Assembly (NCBI GenBank): GCA_035480775.1
Contig: DATIHK010000077.1
Coordinates: 1-33,494 of the forward strand
Reading direction: 5' to 3'
From: Candidatus Saccharimonadales bacterium
GTDB taxonomy: Bacteria; Patescibacteriota; WWE3; UBA101185; UBA10185
Length of the DNA stretch: 33,494 bases
The notes below the pieces were generated by a model, which saw only the letters and a list, made by a program, of their open reading frames with translations, had not been told where the DNA came from and ran no database searches. The position numbers and the translations under genes are program-made. Below are positions 1 through 8,383 of this stretch, piece after piece; position 1 is the first letter of the stretch, and each line of letters opens with the position of its first letter.

Positions 1-183
1 ATGCCTCAGCCGCAGCAACCGATGTCACGACCGCTGCCACCAGCAGGTGCCAGTCAATATCCACAAATGCCTAAGCCAACTATGCCACTTCCTCCAGTCC
101 AGCCGAGTAAACCAGGAGATGGCATTATTACATTGGGAGATACTCCTAATCAGGGGAACATTTCCACTTTAAATCAAACTTAA
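1..183 (+). CDS. 3' end of a Pro/Gln-rich protein (probably truncated by the window edge)
   Basis: Open frame from base 1 with low-complexity P/Q sequence; its stop overlaps the convergent dnaN stop. Confidence 0.55.
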   Translation: MPQPQQPMSRPLPPAGASQYPQMPKPTMPLPPVQPSKPGDGIITLGDTPNQGNISTLNQT

Positions 184-1289
184 GTTATCTGCATCGGCAT
201 TATAATATTTAAAAGTCCTTCGTGATCTGATGCGACAAAAATGCACGGAGTTAAATTGCCGTTGGTTTCAATTTTAAATCTTTCAGACTTCACATTGCTC
301 AATAAATCTAGCAAATATTTGGAATTAAATGCCAGTTCTAATTCGCCTCCGGTAATTTGAGCTTCGATATCGCTTTCGTGTTCACCAGTTTCTTGAGTTG
401 CCGATGTCAAAACTATATTGCCGTCTGGATTTAGTTTCATTTTTATAGCAGAAGTAGCTTCGGTCGAAAATAAATTCGTTAATTTAACTGCTTCTAGCAA
501 TTCTTCGGCTGCAAATTCGGCCGAGATGGTTGTTTCTTGTGGAATGATTCTTTTGTAATCGGGATAATCTCCGCTCAAAATTCGTGACGCGACTAAAGTA
601 TCACCGCTTTGAAAAAGAGCTAAATTTTCGTTAGAGTTTAATACAAATTTAATTGGTTCTTCTGAACCGGCAAAAATCTTAGCAATCTCTGCAAGTGTTT
701 TTGCTGGAATTATTGCTTTTAAATCATTTTTTGTATTTTCGATTTTTAGTTTTTTTTCAGCAAGTCTGAAGCCGTCACAAGCTGCGACAGTCAACTCCCC
801 ATCTTCGAGGTTTAAATAGATGCCGCTAAAAACTGGTCGGGCTTCATCATTGGCTGAGGCAAATGCCACGTGTGAAATGGCATAAGAAAATAAATTTGGA
901 TCGAGCTCTATAAAATCCCCTTCTTCTGGCATTGTCGGAATAGCCGGAAATTCTGAAGCGCTAACTCCATTAAATTTTGATTTTGTTTTTTGAGAACTTA
1001 GATGTAAAACATTGTCTTCAAGATGGCCGGTAATTGTACTAGGAGATAAAGTCGCTACAAAATCTCTTAGTAATTTTGCCGGAATAGTAATTGAACCTGT
1101 TTCTTCTATTGATGCAGGTACTAAAGTAGTAATAGTAGTATCTAAATTTGTCGCGGATAATTTTAAACCCCCTGGTACTGTTTCAATTAAGATGTGCGTT
1201 GTAATTGGAAGAGGACTTTTTGCGGGCACGGCGCGACTGACGGTATTTATTCCTTTAGCTAAATTTTCTTGAAGGCAAGTAAATTTCAT
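180..1289 (-). CDS. dnaN: DNA polymerase III beta sliding clamp
   Basis: 369 aa; MKFT..ENL start, LSATNLD, ACDGFRL, YPDYKRIIP, AFNSKYLLD, IIMPM end. Confidence 0.97.
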   Translation of the reverse strand: MKFTCLQENLAKGINTVSRAVPAKSPLPITTHILIETVPGGLKLSATNLDTTITTLVPASIEETGSITIPAKLLRDFVATLSPSTITGHLEDNVLHLSSQKTKSKFNGVSASEFPAIPTMPEEGDFIELDPNLFSYAISHVAFASANDEARPVFSGIYLNLEDGELTVAACDGFRLAEKKLKIENTKNDLKAIIPAKTLAEIAKIFAGSEEPIKFVLNSNENLALFQSGDTLVASRILSGDYPDYKRIIPQETTISAEFAAEELLEAVKLTNLFSTEATSAIKMKLNPDGNIVLTSATQETGEHESDIEAQITGGELELAFNSKYLLDLLSNVKSERFKIETNGNLTPCIFVASDHEGLLNIIMPMQIT

Positions 1290-1303
1290 AGGTTATAACG
1301 GCT

Positions 1304-1347
1304 TTATTTTGAGCAGCTTCAGCTGCGAAAAAGACGACGTAGTCGTC
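1304..1347 (+). repeat. Intergenic double hairpin, copy 1 of a TTATTT(C)TGAGC..GCGAA(G)AAAGA element
   Basis: tttt-GA-gcagc-ttca-gctgc-GA-aaaa followed by gacgac-GTA-gtcgtc; related to 3162-3191. Confidence 0.55.
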
Positions 1348-1798
1348 ACTTTTTTGGTTTTAGAACAACGTGTCTGTAGGGACCTTCTCCGGCACTTTCA
1401 GAAGTTATATCGTCGTAAGTACCTACAAAAGTGTGAACAGTTTTGCGCTCGAATGGATTCATCGGGGGCATAGCAACTTCTTTACCCAAAAAACGTACTC
1501 GGTCGATAAAGCTTTTCGCGATTTGCTCGACTTTTTCTTGGCGTTGTTTTCTGTAGCCATTTATATCTACAACTGCTTTGGTTTCAGGTCCAAATTTTCT
1601 GTATAAAGCTAAATTGACGATTGTTTGAAGTCCATCCAAAGATTCGCCTCGGTATCCGATGAGATAACTTAAGTCATTTCCATCTATTGTAACGATACTT
1701 ATCTTTTCTGGATCTTCTTCGACAATTACTGTTGCTTGAGCGTTAATGTGTTTTAAAATTTCTTCTATTAAGTTTTTTAATTCTTTTTGCTTTTCCAT
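1346..1798 (-). CDS. jag: Jag/KhpB (EloR)-like RNA-binding protein, KH + R3H domains, no N-terminal Jag domain
   Basis: LIGYRGESLDGLQ KH motif, PMNPFERKTVH R3H motif, position after yidC. Confidence 0.9.
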   Translation of the reverse strand: MEKQKELKNLIEEILKHINAQATVIVEEDPEKISIVTIDGNDLSYLIGYRGESLDGLQTIVNLALYRKFGPETKAVVDINGYRKQRQEKVEQIAKSFIDRVRFLGKEVAMPPMNPFERKTVHTFVGTYDDITSESAGEGPYRHVVLKPKK

Positions 1799-2562
1799 AC
1801 TTTTTTTATCCAGGGATTAAGTCCTCCCCAACCACTTACAAAATACTGTTGGACAATTGAAAAGACAGTCGAGACTACGATGTACAAAACAACTCCAGCC
1901 GGCAAGGTCATACCAATGATAAAATTCATGACCGGCATGGTGTATACCATTTGCGCCTGCATATTATAAGCTATATCGTCTTTTTTGTCAGGTGTTTTTT
2001 CGGCGGCCTTTTCACCTTGTTCTACGTATGGAAGCATCATTTTGGAAGCGAAAAATTGTAAAACTCCAGATAAAAGTGCCAATATGTAAAATCTATCGGC
2101 TTTTGCTAAATCCCAAATCCAGAAATGCGAGTTTACAGTTTGGCCCGGATTAAATTTAAAAAGCGGAAAATAAATTAAGGTGTTTAGATGCGCAACGTTT
2201 ACATTGATTGTAAATTGTCTAATAACTCCATACAGTGCAATTAAGACAACGATCATTGCTACTTGGGTTAAACATCCAGATGCTGGGTTCAGCCCGTGTT
2301 TTTTAAACAATTCCATCTGCATTTCTGCCATTTTCTTCTTATCGTATTTGTATTTTTCTTTTAGCTTATCTAGTTCTGGTTGCAGGTCCCGCTGCTTTTT
2401 CATAGTTTTAAGTGATGGAGTAATAACTGGAATAAGTAGGGCTTTGATGATAACAGTCATCAATATGATAGCAATGCCTAAAGAACCGCTAAAATGATAC
2501 AGCGCGGCTAAGACATTAAGTAAAGGATTCACTAAAATTGTATTCCAAAGCATTCCGATCAT
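1777..2562 (-). CDS. yidC: Membrane protein insertase YidC/Oxa1 (short form)
   Basis: LQPEL..LKEKY, GLNPASGCL, FWIWDL, LPAGVVLY..VSTVFSIVQQ. Confidence 0.95.
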   Translation of the reverse strand: MIGMLWNTILVNPLLNVLAALYHFSGSLGIAIILMTVIIKALLIPVITPSLKTMKKQRDLQPELDKLKEKYKYDKKKMAEMQMELFKKHGLNPASGCLTQVAMIVVLIALYGVIRQFTINVNVAHLNTLIYFPLFKFNPGQTVNSHFWIWDLAKADRFYILALLSGVLQFFASKMMLPYVEQGEKAAEKTPDKKDDIAYNMQAQMVYTMPVMNFIIGMTLPAGVVLYIVVSTVFSIVQQYFVSGWGGLNPWIKKVWKSKKN

Positions 2563-2584
2563 AGCTTGTGTTCTTTCATTGTTA

Positions 2585-2642
2585 GATTGATTCTATAGTG
2601 CGAAGCGCTATAGAGCAATCGCGAATAACTCGAAGAGTTATT
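2585..2642 (+). repeat. Two adjacent intergenic hairpins with c-GAA-g loops
   Basis: gattgattctatagtgc-GAA-gcgctatagagcaatc and aataactc-GAA-gagttatt. Confidence 0.6.
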
Positions 2643-2858
2643 TCATTTGACAGGGTCGTAGCCTCCCTTTGAAAATGGATTACAGCGCAAAACTCGCCAG
2701 GTTCCCATTAAACCGCCCTTGAAGATACCATATTTTTCTATAGCTTGATATGTGTACTTCGAGCAACTAGGTTCAAATCTACATACTTTTAAACCTAGAT
2801 TATTTGGCGAGAGGAAGCGTCTGTAGAGTTTTAACAAAGTCAGTGTTAATTTCTTCAT
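2643..2858 (-). CDS. yidD: Membrane protein insertion efficiency factor YidD
   Basis: CRFEPSCSKY..AIEKYG..G...WRVLRCNPFSKGGYDPV. Confidence 0.96.
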   Translation of the reverse strand: MKKLTLTLLKLYRRFLSPNNLGLKVCRFEPSCSKYTYQAIEKYGIFKGGLMGTWRVLRCNPFSKGGYDPVK

Positions 2859-3147
2859 AATTTTTTTCTATACTAAAAAATTTTGGATGAATAACGACCC
2901 AATATCCTGGTTTGATTTTATCGAGATTTATGCGCACCGCCTCGCGAAATAGTCGTTTAACTTTATTTCTTTTTACTGCAGATTTATCAAATTTGTTTGA
3001 AACAACTACGGTAAATTTGCTAGGACCTTCGTAGTTTTTGGCTTTAAGATAAAACATATGAAAGTTTTGTCCCGAGACTTTTGCTCCATATTTACGTGAA
3101 ACATTAATTTCAAAATTGGTTGATAGACGATTTGCTTTTTTTAGCAT
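2800..3147 (-). CDS. rnpA: Ribonuclease P protein component
   Basis: MLKKANRL start, KSAVKRNKVKRLFRE (RNR-type motif), position between rpmH and yidD. Confidence 0.93.
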   Translation of the reverse strand: MLKKANRLSTNFEINVSRKYGAKVSGQNFHMFYLKAKNYEGPSKFTVVVSNKFDKSAVKRNKVKRLFREAVRINLDKIKPGYWVVIHPKFFSIEKNYEEINTDFVKTLQTLPLAK

Positions 3148-3161
3148 TTTTATAGTTCAGG

Positions 3162-3191
3162 TTATTTCTGAGCGTTAGCGAAGAAAGAGAC
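3162..3191 (+). repeat. Intergenic hairpin, copy 2 of the TTATTT(C)TGAGC..GCGAA(G)AAAGA element
   Basis: tttct-GA-gc-gtta-gc-GA-agaaa; flanks match 1304-1335. Confidence 0.5.
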
Positions 3192-3203
3192 TTCGAATAA
3201 GGC

Positions 3204-3362
3204 TCATTTGCCGTTGTACTTAACGACTAGCTTTTTTCGACCTTTGGCTTTTCGAGCTCTTAAAACTCTTCTTCCACCTACAGTTGAATTGCGGTTCATA
3301 AATCCGTGCTTTTTTACTCGTTTTCTTTTTTTAGGTTGCCAAGTGCGTTTGGTTTTAGGCAT
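3204..3362 (-). CDS. rpmH: 50S ribosomal protein L34 (52 aa, not in the ORF track)
   Basis: Manual translation: [52 protein letters not shown]. Confidence 0.97.
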   Translation of the reverse strand: MPKTKRTWQPKKRKRVKKHGFMNRNSTVGGRRVLRARKAKGRKKLVVKYNGK

Positions 3363-3371
3363 AACACAAGG

Positions 3372-3411
3372 ATTCTACTGAGTTGCCAGTTAAAAGTCAA
3401 ACGTTTACAAT
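3372..3411. promoter_or_regulatory. Overlapping divergent sigma70-type promoters
   Basis: Minus strand: TTGACT-17-TAGAAT, 9 nt before the rpmH ATG. Plus strand: TTGCCA-17-TACAAT, 6 nt before ATG 3418. Confidence 0.65.
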
Positions 3412-3417
3412 AAGCAA

Positions 3418-3762
3418 ATGGCTGAACTAAAAGATCAAATCGAAATAGCTGATTTAGCAAAAATAGATATCAGAGCCGGAACCGTTACGGCGGCTGAAAA
3501 AGTAGAAGGTTCTACAAAACTTATAAAACTAGATGTGGATTTTGGCGAACTAGGTCACAGAACTATTTTGACTGGCATGCAAGAGTTTTATACTCCGGAA
3601 GATTTTGTAGGAATGCAAACTACATTTATAGTAAATTTAAAACCCCGCAAAATGATGGGACTAGAATCTCAAGGAATGATTTTTGCTGTTGATAACGAAA
3701 ACGGCAAACCCATCTTTTTAATTCCTAAAGAACATGCTAATAATGGAGATAGTATTATTTAA
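3418..3762 (+). CDS. Stand-alone OB-fold tRNA-binding protein (Trbp111/CsaA/MetRS C-terminal-like)
   Basis: KIDIRAGTV..AEKVEGSTKL..L.VDFG, NLKPRKMMGLESQGM. Confidence 0.9.
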   Translation: MAELKDQIEIADLAKIDIRAGTVTAAEKVEGSTKLIKLDVDFGELGHRTILTGMQEFYTPEDFVGMQTTFIVNLKPRKMMGLESQGMIFAVDNENGKPIFLIPKEHANNGDSII

Positions 3763-3775
3763 TTGAAAGGAATCA

Positions 3776-4126
3776 ATGAAAGTTTCAAATACCACCTTAA
3801 TAATTGCGACTGCCAATAATGATAAAGCGATGGGCACTTTTTATTCTAAAAAATTAGGTTTTAAAAAAAATAAAAACGGTGGATGGGAAAACGCTAATAT
3901 TTCGGTTTACTTTGATCGCCATAACAAAGCTGCAAAAAAAGCTATCGAGCCATTTAGAGTTATGCTAACGCTAGCAGTTGATGATATAGAGAAAGCTTAC
4001 AAAGAACTCAAGAAAAAAGGAGTTAAATTTGTAAGGACTCCAGCAAAAGAAGAATGGGGAGGTTGGTTTGCTACGTTTAAAGATCCAGACGGTAACTACC
4101 TACAGATTTTTCAATACAAGCCTTAA
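3776..4126 (+). CDS. VOC/glyoxalase-family protein
   Basis: FYSKKLGF, VDDIEKAY.EL..KGV, WGGWFATFKDPDGN. Confidence 0.88.
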   Translation: MKVSNTTLIIATANNDKAMGTFYSKKLGFKKNKNGGWENANISVYFDRHNKAAKKAIEPFRVMLTLAVDDIEKAYKELKKKGVKFVRTPAKEEWGGWFATFKDPDGNYLQIFQYKP

Positions 4127-4320
4127 AAGTACTTACAGTATCCACCGGCCCCTGGTTTATCTCCTACAGGAATACAAACGCTGTTTGTCGGACAAGGAAC
4201 CTTGGTTGGTCCTCCGCAGTAAACTTTTCGATTTTGCCATCGCTCGAGTATAAATATTATTGCGACAATAACCAAAAGAGCTATCAAAATCCATTTAATA
4301 TTTTTAACTTTTTTCTTCAC
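4123..4320 (-). CDS. Small membrane-anchored protein with a 4-Cys domain
   Basis: Basic N-terminus and TM helix, then CGG...CP...C...GGYC. Confidence 0.65.
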   Translation of the reverse strand: MKKKVKNIKWILIALLVIVAIIFILERWQNRKVYCGGPTKVPCPTNSVCIPVGDKPGAGGYCKYF

Positions 4321-4357
4321 CCAATGATTTTATTATGTTTTTGTTATAATTCCAAAC

Positions 4358-5584
4358 ATGGCAGAGTTTAAACCCAAAACTTATTACATAAAAACCTTTG
4401 GATGTCAGGCAAATATTGCCGATTCAAATACCATTGGCGGAATTTTAGAAGCACTTAATTTTGAGCGAGTTATTACACTTGAAGCTAAAAATGAAGATGA
4501 AGCTTTACTAAAAATCATTCCACAGACAGATTTGTTTATAGTCAACACTTGTTCGGTTCGCCAAAAAAGCGAAGACAAAGCCTATGGAATAGGACGTATA
4601 ATGAAAAAAGTAAAAGATGCAACCGGTAAAAAACCTTTTGTCATCATGGCAGGTTGTATGGTGGGATCAGCAACTGGAGATCGTAAACGTATCGAAATGG
4701 ATGAACTCCGCAAAAAAACCTCTTATGTCGATACTTATATCAATCCGTCGCAGTTAATGCAGGTTCCGGATATTTTATTTCAACACGGAGTGTTGGACGA
4801 ATGGGCTGTTAAAACATTTAACGCCGAAGACGTTGTTGCTACTCAAGAAAATCCTACACATGCTTTTGTAAATATTTCTTACGGATGTGATAATTTTTGC
4901 ACTTTTTGTGTAGTTCCTTATGCGCGCGGAGCCGAAGTTTCGCGACCAGAATCTGACATTTTAAAAGAAATTGACCACTTAGCTAAACGCGGTTTTAAAG
5001 AAATTACTTTGTGCGGACAAAATGTTAACTCTTGGGGATTATCTATGAGCGACAAGTTTGAAATTCGTACAGGCAGTGATCAAAAGATTCCATTTGCAGA
5101 TTTGTTAAGAAAAGTTCACGCAATTGAGGGAATTGAGAAAATTTCATTTTTATCTTCAAATCCATTTGATTTTACAAATGATTTAATTGAAGCTATTCAA
5201 CTTCCCAAAATTTCAAATTACTTGCATATGGCGGTGCAGTCTGGAAATAATGAAGTATTACACCGCATGAATCGCCGACATACTGTCGAGGATTTTATCG
5301 TTTTAGCAAACAAAATAAAGTTGGCTAAACCACGCGTCGAATTTGGAACAGATATTATCGTAGGTTTTCCTGGTGAAACTCGCGAACAATTTATGGATAC
5401 GGTAAAACTTTTTCAAACTGTAAAATTTAACGTAGCTTTTATTTCTATTTATTCTCCACGCAAGGGAACTCCCGCTCAAAAATATTTTGAAGATGATGTT
5501 TCGCGTGATGAAAAAAAGTGGCGTCACGCCAAGTTAACCGAAATTTGGGAAGATACAAAAAAAGCTAGCGCCAAAAGTATCTAG
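4358..5584 (+). CDS. miaB: MiaB-family radical SAM methylthiotransferase, no C-terminal TRAM domain
   Basis: TFGCQAN, NTCSVR, AGC, GCDNFCTFCVVP, TDIIVGFPGET; near miaA; TGTTATAAT 7 nt before ATG. Confidence 0.9.
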   Translation: MAEFKPKTYYIKTFGCQANIADSNTIGGILEALNFERVITLEAKNEDEALLKIIPQTDLFIVNTCSVRQKSEDKAYGIGRIMKKVKDATGKKPFVIMAGCMVGSATGDRKRIEMDELRKKTSYVDTYINPSQLMQVPDILFQHGVLDEWAVKTFNAEDVVATQENPTHAFVNISYGCDNFCTFCVVPYARGAEVSRPESDILKEIDHLAKRGFKEITLCGQNVNSWGLSMSDKFEIRTGSDQKIPFADLLRKVHAIEGIEKISFLSSNPFDFTNDLIEAIQLPKISNYLHMAVQSGNNEVLHRMNRRHTVEDFIVLANKIKLAKPRVEFGTDIIVGFPGETREQFMDTVKLFQTVKFNVAFISIYSPRKGTPAQKYFEDDVSRDEKKWRHAKLTEIWEDTKKASAKSI

Positions 5585-5593
5585 ACGCTAGCT
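5557..5593 (-). terminator. 3' hairpin + U-tail of the 5628-5981 unit (lies within the miaB 3' end)
   Basis: Sense strand: agctagcg-tctagatacttttgg-cgctagct-ttttt. Confidence 0.6.
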
Positions 5594-5627
5594 CTGAAGT
5601 TCCAAACAATTGTAGTCGCTTAAAGTC

Positions 5628-5981
5628 TTAATCTTTTTTTCTGAGTAAAGATGCAAATGGTCCCAGAAAACCCATGATAAATGCATCTCTCTGTCTCATA
5701 GCTCCCTTAAACTCGTAGGTATATACGACCGTTGTTATTGGCATGAACACCGCCCACAAGCCGATACACAAAAATACTACAAAAATAGGAAATTCTTTTG
5801 GTGCGTGAGTTAATGCTGTAAGAACTATCCAGGAACCGGTCGCTGTAGTGAATGCAATTCCAACTAGACCACCCAACACAAAGGTTGTGTACAGCATTAT
5901 TTCTCGGTGATTTTCGAGCACGTTATTAGCGTACCGCAGACAAGCTCTAAAAAAAGAGCCGGCAAACCAAAGGAACATCAT
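5628..5981 (-). CDS. Orphan membrane protein (unit 1); start moved to the ATG at 5981
   Basis: Hydrophobic segments; SD GAGGGAGG 5 nt before ATGATG; promoter TTGAGA-17-TAAGTT at 6046-6018. Confidence 0.7.
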   Translation of the reverse strand: MMFLWFAGSFFRACLRYANNVLENHREIMLYTTFVLGGLVGIAFTTATGSWIVLTALTHAPKEFPIFVVFLCIGLWAVFMPITTVVYTYEFKGAMRQRDAFIMGFLGPFASLLRKKD

Positions 5982-6066
5982 GCTAGCCTCCCTCATGACC
6001 AACTCGAAGTTAAAAATAACTTAGCACAAAGTTGCGCCAGTCTCAACACTAGCTTAGTATGCAGCC

Positions 6067-6966
6067 ATGAACAAAAAAGTCTTTGTGATTGTCGGCCCAA
6101 CTTCTACCGGAAAAACTTCTCTGGCGTTGAATCTGTGCAAAAAATTTAATGGTGAAATAATTTCGGCTGACTCGAGGCAAATTTATAAATACATGGATAT
6201 TGGAACTGGTAAAATTCCACTAAATAGTAAACCCGACTTAACTAAAATTTGGGGATATGATTTAGTGGCTCCAGACCAATACTTTTCGGCCTATGACTGG
6301 GCTATGGATGCTCTGCAAAAGGCGAGTCAACTGCAAGAGCAGGGAAAAAACATTTTTTTGGTTGGGGGGACTGGTTTGTATATCGATATCTTCACACATC
6401 GCCAAGATGTCGCGAATATTAATCCCAATAAAGAATTGCGCGAATCATTGGAAAATTTGTCTACTGAAGTCCTCTTCTCTAAACTGATGTCGTTAAATCT
6501 ACAGAGGTCTAAAAATATAGATAAGCAAAATAAAATGAGATTAATTCGAGCAATTGAGGTTGAGGCGAGCAATTCCAAAAACACTCCCCTACCCTATTTA
6601 GCCAACGCCAAATTTATTTTTATCGGACTAACAGCAGAGCGCTCTATTTTATATTCGCACGTAGATAATTGGTTAGAAGCAATTTGGAAAAACGGCTTAT
6701 TGCCCGAAGTTTCTAAATTAATAAATTTAGGATTCGAAACTTCCCCAAAATTGCACGGTTTAGTTTACAAGAGTGTCTTGGCTTTTATGCAAAAAGATTT
6801 ATCTGAAAGTGCCGCAATAGAACGAGCAAAATTCGATCTCCACGCCTATATAAGAAGACAACAAACTTGGTTTAAACGTAATACAGATATTAATTGGTTT
6901 GATATTAGTCAAGAAAGCTATATAAAAGATATTCAAAAATTAGTTGAGTCGCATGTGGCTAATTAA
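6067..6966 (+). CDS. miaA: tRNA dimethylallyltransferase
   Basis: GPTSTGKT, ISADSRQIYKYMDIGTGK, VGGTGLY, RRQQTWF. Confidence 0.96.
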   Translation: MNKKVFVIVGPTSTGKTSLALNLCKKFNGEIISADSRQIYKYMDIGTGKIPLNSKPDLTKIWGYDLVAPDQYFSAYDWAMDALQKASQLQEQGKNIFLVGGTGLYIDIFTHRQDVANINPNKELRESLENLSTEVLFSKLMSLNLQRSKNIDKQNKMRLIRAIEVEASNSKNTPLPYLANAKFIFIGLTAERSILYSHVDNWLEAIWKNGLLPEVSKLINLGFETSPKLHGLVYKSVLAFMQKDLSESAAIERAKFDLHAYIRRQQTWFKRNTDINWFDISQESYIKDIQKLVESHVAN

Positions 6967-6986
6967 AGGTATAAATAGTAAAATCT

Positions 6987-7994
6987 ATGCAAATGGATAA
7001 ACAATTTGTAATTTCGGTTAAAACAATTTTGATAGCATTTTTAATGGTGCTGGGAGCTTATATTATTTACAGACTCGGAGGTATTCTATCGATTCTGTTA
7101 ATTTCAGTAATTATAGTTATCGGAATGGAGCCTTTAGTTAAGTTTTTTATGAAAAAGACTTTACTTAATAAATACCTTTCGAGAAGTTTTTCGGTTATTT
7201 TAGCTTATATTCTGTTAATTTTAGCTTTACTTATTATGTTTACCATTGGACTTCCACCGGTAATAATTCAAGTCGAAAAGTTGCTTTCTAATTTAGGTGT
7301 ATTGATTCAAAACTTGTCAGATAAATATGGAGTTAATGTATCGGTCAATAATCTTATACCCCAGTTTTCGCAATTATCTGGAGGAGTTTTGACAATTACC
7401 TACAATATTGTTTCAAATATCACCACAGTTTTGAGTATTTTAATTTTATCTATTTATATGTCTTTAGATTGGGAAAATATCAAAGAAAAATTTGTTAGTC
7501 TTTTTCCAGACAATATGGAAACCACTGTACTTGAAATATTTAATGATATTGAAGTAAGTGTCGGAAACTGGATAAAAGGTCAGTTGTTTTTGATGCTCGC
7601 AATTGGAGTCGCTTCTTTTGTCGGTTTAGTTTTAATTCATGTTAACTATCCACTGGCGTTAGGCATTGTAGCTGGACTGTTAGAGATAGTTCCTATTCTT
7701 GGTCCAATAATGTCGGGTGCCTTAGCTGGAGTAATTGGATTTTCGGATTCTCCAGTAAAAGGGCTAGCTGTTTTGGTTTTGTTTTTTATAATTCAACAGT
7801 CTGAAAATAATCTGTTGGTTCCCAAAGTTATGCAAAGAGTTTCTGGTTTCAGCCCATTGGTTATTTTAATCGCTCTGTTAATTGGAAGTGAATTTTTTGG
7901 AATTGTCGGCGCCATTTTGAGTGTGCCTGTAACCATGATTTCTGTTATCGTCGTAAAAAAGATTTTACTTTATACTTCAGCGGGAAGCGAGTAA
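6987..7994 (+). CDS. AI-2E family (PerM-like) transporter
   Basis: Multi-TM; IQQSENNLLVPKVM, GSEFFGIVGAILSVP. Confidence 0.9.
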   Translation: MQMDKQFVISVKTILIAFLMVLGAYIIYRLGGILSILLISVIIVIGMEPLVKFFMKKTLLNKYLSRSFSVILAYILLILALLIMFTIGLPPVIIQVEKLLSNLGVLIQNLSDKYGVNVSVNNLIPQFSQLSGGVLTITYNIVSNITTVLSILILSIYMSLDWENIKEKFVSLFPDNMETTVLEIFNDIEVSVGNWIKGQLFLMLAIGVASFVGLVLIHVNYPLALGIVAGLLEIVPILGPIMSGALAGVIGFSDSPVKGLAVLVLFFIIQQSENNLLVPKVMQRVSGFSPLVILIALLIGSEFFGIVGAILSVPVTMISVIVVKKILLYTSAGSE

Positions 7995-8326
7995 GCCAGA
8001 TTCTGTTTCATTGAGCGCCTCACGGCACATAATTATTGACATCTATCTACGCTCCATCTTTGTACCTCGTCGAGCAGACTGATAGCGGTACGTTCGTGGA
8101 TTGCTGCAGGTGGGATTGCCCGTTTCACTCTTTTTTCATGGCCGAAGCCGAAGAAAAAAGCTCGTCTCTGTGGCTCTCAAGTTGTGTCAATTCACAACCT
8201 GTTTCTTTAGGTTTTCACCCAAGAACACTAGCGGTTACCCGTCGGAAGTTACCTTCCATACCTTTGCTCTATGCAGTCTGGACTTTCCTCCAATTCGGTT
8301 AAGAATCGGTAGTCAACCTGCTTCCC
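7981..8326 (-). ncRNA. rnpB: RNase P RNA
   Basis: Minus strand has GAGGAAAGTCC, GCCACAGAGA, GTGAAACG..CCCACC..AGCAA and ACAGAATCTGGCTTAC; P1 closes as cgggaagc/gcttcccg. Confidence 0.93.
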
Positions 8327-8383
8327 GGGTGTATTTTACCACCTTTTGTGTGATATTATCTTAAAGCATAAGCTTAACTAAAT

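Noticed and set aside
3363-3417. Possible oriC upstream of rpmH
   Set aside because: Only 55 nt, filled by two promoters, with no TTATCCACA-like boxes seen.
5982-6002. ORF-track starts at 6002, 23673, 26453 and 28428
   Set aside because: Downstream ATGs at 5981, 23658, 26417 and 28437 fit the SD, the -10 spacing or translational coupling better.
8036-8364. ORFs of 88 and 87 aa on the + strand
   Set aside because: They are antisense to rnpB, which explains the region.
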